Shown here: positions 60,816-64,000 of the stretch, piece after piece
Layout: each line of letters opens with the position of its first letter
Numbering within the stretch: the stretch's first letter is position 1
The notes under the pieces: generated by a model
Seen by the model: only the letters and a program-made list of their open reading frames with translations
Databases searched by the model: none
What the model was told of the DNA's origin: nothing
Translations under genes and position numbers: made by a program
Origin: a bacterium
Lineage (GTDB): Bacteria > Bacteroidota > Bacteroidia > NS11-12g > UBA955
Assembly: GCA_029945665.1 (NCBI GenBank)
Contig: JAQSCZ010000122.1
Coordinates: 1,868 to 65,867, forward strand
DNA: 64,000 nucleotides
Reading direction: 5' to 3'

Positions 60816-61643
60816 ATGAAGCTTATTCTTAATTTTTGTTTGTTTATTGTAGTCAGTGCCTGTGTACCAAACACCGAACAAAAAACAGCATTAGTTGCGA
60901 AGCAAGCAGTTCCCACTTTATTAAATGTTAAGATAGATTATACCCATCGGGTCATCCACATTTTTGTAGCTTTATGTGATAATCAATACCAAGGCATTGT
61001 GCCAGTTCCACCTAAGATTGGAAATGGTAGAGATTTAAATAATAACTTGTATTGGGGCTGTGGTTTTGGTATTAGAAGTTACTTTAAAAAAAGTAAGGAA
61101 TGGAAATTACTAAGACGTTATGCAATCGATTCCATCAAACTTGAAAGACTTGTTTTTAAGCACACAAGTAAGCACTACTATTTAGTTGCCGACGCATATA
61201 ATGGCAAATATATTGAGACTTGTACAAAGGATTTCTTAAACAGTGTTGCAGGTATTGAAAAAGACACACTACATATTGACAATAAAACCATTGGTATTAA
61301 AGGCTATTCAAAACTATCGGCCTATATAGGACATGATGGCTTAATGGATTTTAACTTGGTAGACAACTATCAAAATACTGATAAAAAACAAAGAGACTGC
61401 ATTATTTTAGCCTGTATTAGTAAAGGCTATTTTTCAAATTACATTAAAAATGCAAATGCAAATCCACTTGTTTGGACCACTGGATTGATGTGCCCTGAAG
61501 CATACACTATTCACGATGCTTTAACTGGATATGTACTAAATGAGAGTAGCGAAGCAATTAGAAATAGAGCCGCTCTTGCCTATTCTACACATCAAAAATG
61601 CAGTTTAAAAGCTGCTCGCCATTTATTGGTTACAGGCTTTTAG
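60816..61643 (+). CDS. Conserved hypothetical lipoprotein (possible clan CD cysteine peptidase fold)
   Basis: Lipobox VSAC; VALCDN, NLYWG, YIGHDG and ILAC motifs. Confidence 0.65.
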   Translation: MKLILNFCLFIVVSACVPNTEQKTALVAKQAVPTLLNVKIDYTHRVIHIFVALCDNQYQGIVPVPPKIGNGRDLNNNLYWGCGFGIRSYFKKSKEWKLLRRYAIDSIKLERLVFKHTSKHYYLVADAYNGKYIETCTKDFLNSVAGIEKDTLHIDNKTIGIKGYSKLSAYIGHDGLMDFNLVDNYQNTDKKQRDCIILACISKGYFSNYIKNANANPLVWTTGLMCPEAYTIHDALTGYVLNESSEAIRNRAALAYSTHQKCSLKAARHLLVTGF

Positions 61644-61723
61644 AAATATGATTTAAAATATGCAAACAATCAACCTTAAAACCCACCTCTCTTCCCAAAC
61701 TTTTAGTTAGTTTTGAACCCTCA

Positions 61724-63019
61724 ATGAAATATTTTTTATTAATTACAATTGGTCTTTTTTATTTTATTCTGAATTCAAATGCGCAGGATACCAGCTATGC
61801 CCGTAAGGTTTTGAATGAATTGTGCAGTCCTAAATATGCTGGGCGAGGCTATGTGGAGCATGGAGACAAAAAAGCCGCTGCCTATATTCAGAATCAATTT
61901 AAATCGATTGGATTAAAGAAAGTGGAGGGCACTTACCAGCAAAAATTCACTTTTCCTGTGAATACTTTTCCAGGTAAGGTTATTGTAAAATACAATGGTC
62001 AATTGCTAGTAGCTGGTCGCGATTATATTATTAATGCTGGCTGCAAAAGCTATAGATATAAGGGTTCTATCAATTTTAGCAGTATTGACAATTTGAAAGA
62101 TAGTAGCTTTTACGACCGCATTGGATACAATCAGAAAATGGCAGTCATTGATACTTTTAATACTAAATACTTTGGCGAAGCGGTATTGACAAATAAAAAA
62201 TACTTGACTGATTTTAAAAAAGAGTTAATTGTCAAGTTGACCAATGATAAAATGACTTGGACCAGTGCTTACGAGCAGGACAACAAATGCATCATTACCC
62301 TAAAAAGCAATGTATTTGATAGAAATAAACCAGCGGAATTTGACATTGAAATTGAAAGTGAATTTTATGGTGGTTATTCAGAGCAAGGCCAATTATATGG
62401 CACCTATACCTCTCAAAATGTATTAGGAATGTTAGAAGGGACAGAAAACAGAGATAGTTTTATTGTTTTTACTGCTCACTATGACCACCTTGGAATGATG
62501 GGCTCAACAGCTATGTTTCCGGGAGCGAATGACAATGCAAGTGGCATCGCAATGCTATTAAATCTCGCTAAATACTTTAAGGCGCATCCACAAAAATACA
62601 ACTTACTGTTTATCGCATTCTCAGGTGAAGAAACAGGTTTAATTGGCTCACAATTCTATGTTAAACATCCTATCATTCCATTGGAAAAGATTCATTTTTT
62701 AATCAATATCGACCTAATGGGAAATGGGGCCGAGGGTGTTATGGCAGTAAATGGAGCGACTTTTAAAGAACAGTTTAATTTATTGACAAAAATTAACACC
62801 AAAAACAATTATTTACCAACAGTAAAAGCGCGCGGTAGAGCACAAAACAGCGACCATTTTTATTTCAGTGAAGCAGGTGTCCCTTGTTTCTTCTTTTACT
62901 TAATGGGTCCATATCCATATTACCATGATATAGATGACAAAGCATCGGCAGTACCTTTCACAAATTTTAGCAATGCCTTTTTATTGTTTCGCGATTTTAT
63001 AATTGGCTTACAACCATAA
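61724..63019 (+). CDS. M28 family metallopeptidase
   Basis: TAHYDHLG, GANDNASG, SGEETGLIGS, NIDL, SDH and YH motifs. Confidence 0.94.
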   Translation: MKYFLLITIGLFYFILNSNAQDTSYARKVLNELCSPKYAGRGYVEHGDKKAAAYIQNQFKSIGLKKVEGTYQQKFTFPVNTFPGKVIVKYNGQLLVAGRDYIINAGCKSYRYKGSINFSSIDNLKDSSFYDRIGYNQKMAVIDTFNTKYFGEAVLTNKKYLTDFKKELIVKLTNDKMTWTSAYEQDNKCIITLKSNVFDRNKPAEFDIEIESEFYGGYSEQGQLYGTYTSQNVLGMLEGTENRDSFIVFTAHYDHLGMMGSTAMFPGANDNASGIAMLLNLAKYFKAHPQKYNLLFIAFSGEETGLIGSQFYVKHPIIPLEKIHFLINIDLMGNGAEGVMAVNGATFKEQFNLLTKINTKNNYLPTVKARGRAQNSDHFYFSEAGVPCFFFYLMGPYPYYHDIDDKASAVPFTNFSNAFLLFRDFIIGLQP

Positions 63020-63022
63020 TTA

Positions 63023-64000
63023 TTAGTGTTGCACTTCTAATTTTATATTAGCCTCTGCCCCATTTGAAATTATTTTCACCATATAAATACCATTGGCCAA
63101 ATTCCCAATAAATAAAGGCTGATTTTCTCCTTGATATTGCAAAACAACTCTACCTGAAAGATCTGTTATCTTCAATTCAATTGGTGTATTAAAAGCACTT
63201 ATAACATGCACATATTCCGCACTTGGATTTGGATAAATTTTAAATACTTCAGACTGCTGAATGGCTGAGAGATTTGTAAAATCCTTGGTAACAATTACTG
63301 TATCGTTGCTATTGCAAGCCCCATTGACAATGAGCCTTACAGTCTTGTTATTAGCATTAACATATTGATGAACAGGATTTTTAAGTGTGCTGCTATCACC
63401 ATCACCAAAATACCATTTGTAAGTCATATTACTACCTGTTGAAGTATTGTTAAATCCAACGATATTGCTGCCAATATAACCATAGGTAAAGTTCGCCTTA
63501 ACAAAAGTATCAGCTGAAACCGTTGCAGTATTTGAAATGGTATAAGTTTGTGCTTGTCCACCTGTTACTGTAATTGCCAATGTGGCCCCTTTAACCCCTG
63601 ATGAATTATAGCTTACTTTATGAGGCCCAGCAGTGTTAGCAGTGGCAGGCGTTCCACCTGTAAAAGTCCATTGTCTAGTCGCAACATTTACATCACTTGA
63701 ATCGGTGTAGGTAACAGTTTGACCAATACAAACTTGTTTTGGATTGTTGTAAAAATTAAGATAGGCGAATTTGATACTTTTAATAGTGTCCTCGGTGTTA
63801 CAAGTATTGGTTGAAATTAATCTGACATTATAAGTCCCGCCCGCCGCATAATTATGTAAAGGACTTGCAATCAATGCTGAATCTAAATCACCAAAGTACC
63901 ATTTGTCGGATGTAGAATTATTGGATGTATTCGTAAAAGTTACTTTGCCCTTTTCGGCTGCAACCCAAGTAAAATTAGGTTTCATTTTTGAATCAGATTT
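63023..64000 (-). CDS. PKD-domain protein with T9SS type A C-terminal domain (3' part; starts beyond the window)
   Basis: WYFGD/WTFTGG PKD repeats and IYPNPS...GIYMVKI. The frame is open to base 64000, so ATG 63985 is probably internal. Confidence 0.88.
   Translation of the reverse strand, partial: KSDSKMKPNFTWVAAEKGKVTFTNTSNNSTSDKWYFGDLDSALIASPLHNYAAGGTYNVRLISTNTCNTEDTIKSIKFAYLNFYNNPKQVCIGQTVTYTDSSDVNVATRQWTFTGGTPATANTAGPHKVSYNSSGVKGATLAITVTGGQAQTYTISNTATVSADTFVKANFTYGYIGSNIVGFNNTSTGSNMTYKWYFGDGDSSTLKNPVHQYVNANNKTVRLIVNGACNSNDTVIVTKDFTNLSAIQQSEVFKIYPNPSAEYVHVISAFNTPIELKITDLSGRVVLQYQGENQPLFIGNLANGIYMVKIISNGAEANIKLEVQH

Noticed and set aside
1..64000. Partial minus-strand genes at both edges being halves of one gene (circular element)
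   Set aside because: Content is chromosomal housekeeping and no terminal overlap is visible; the edges are most simply window cuts
1..64000. CRISPR array, tRNA/rRNA, prophage or IS element
   Set aside because: No regularly spaced repeats, RNA-gene signatures, or phage/transposase motifs recognised by eye; tRNAscan and Infernal would be needed to exclude small RNAs

Overview
An AT-rich, gene-dense Bacteroidota chromosome segment. The assignment rests on T9SS C-terminal sorting domains, GldI/GldJ-like genes, TAnnTTTG -7 promoters and a lack of obvious Shine-Dalgarno motifs. About 57 protein-coding loci are supported. They cover housekeeping genes (comEC, dcd, oxyR, nadK, rfbA/rfbB, wza/wzc, nrnA, mazG, gcvT, msrA, type III glutamine synthetase, trmB, fused 2-oxoacid dehydrogenase E1), envelope and glycosylation genes, and several secreted T9SS proteins. 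I saw no tRNA, rRNA, CRISPR array, integrase or transposase. The strongest candidate for an undescribed system is the operon at 27.6-31.8 kb. It looks like a split, lipoprotein-anchored version of the Planctomycete DUF1549/DUF1553-cytochrome c plus DUF1501 module. Other notable points: a catalytically dead Fic-HTH protein with a probable ATT start and an operator-like palindrome, divergent from glutamine synthetase; a cytochrome c/copper monooxygenase/T9SS fusion; rnhB interrupted by a 9-nt in-frame insertion carrying TAA; an adjacent GldJ-like gene split by an in-frame TAG; a perfect 17-bp inverted repeat over the oxyR start codon; two divergent gene pairs sharing one CATG; and repeated leaderless-type promoter spacing. 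All family assignments come from recognising motifs by eye, not from database searches.
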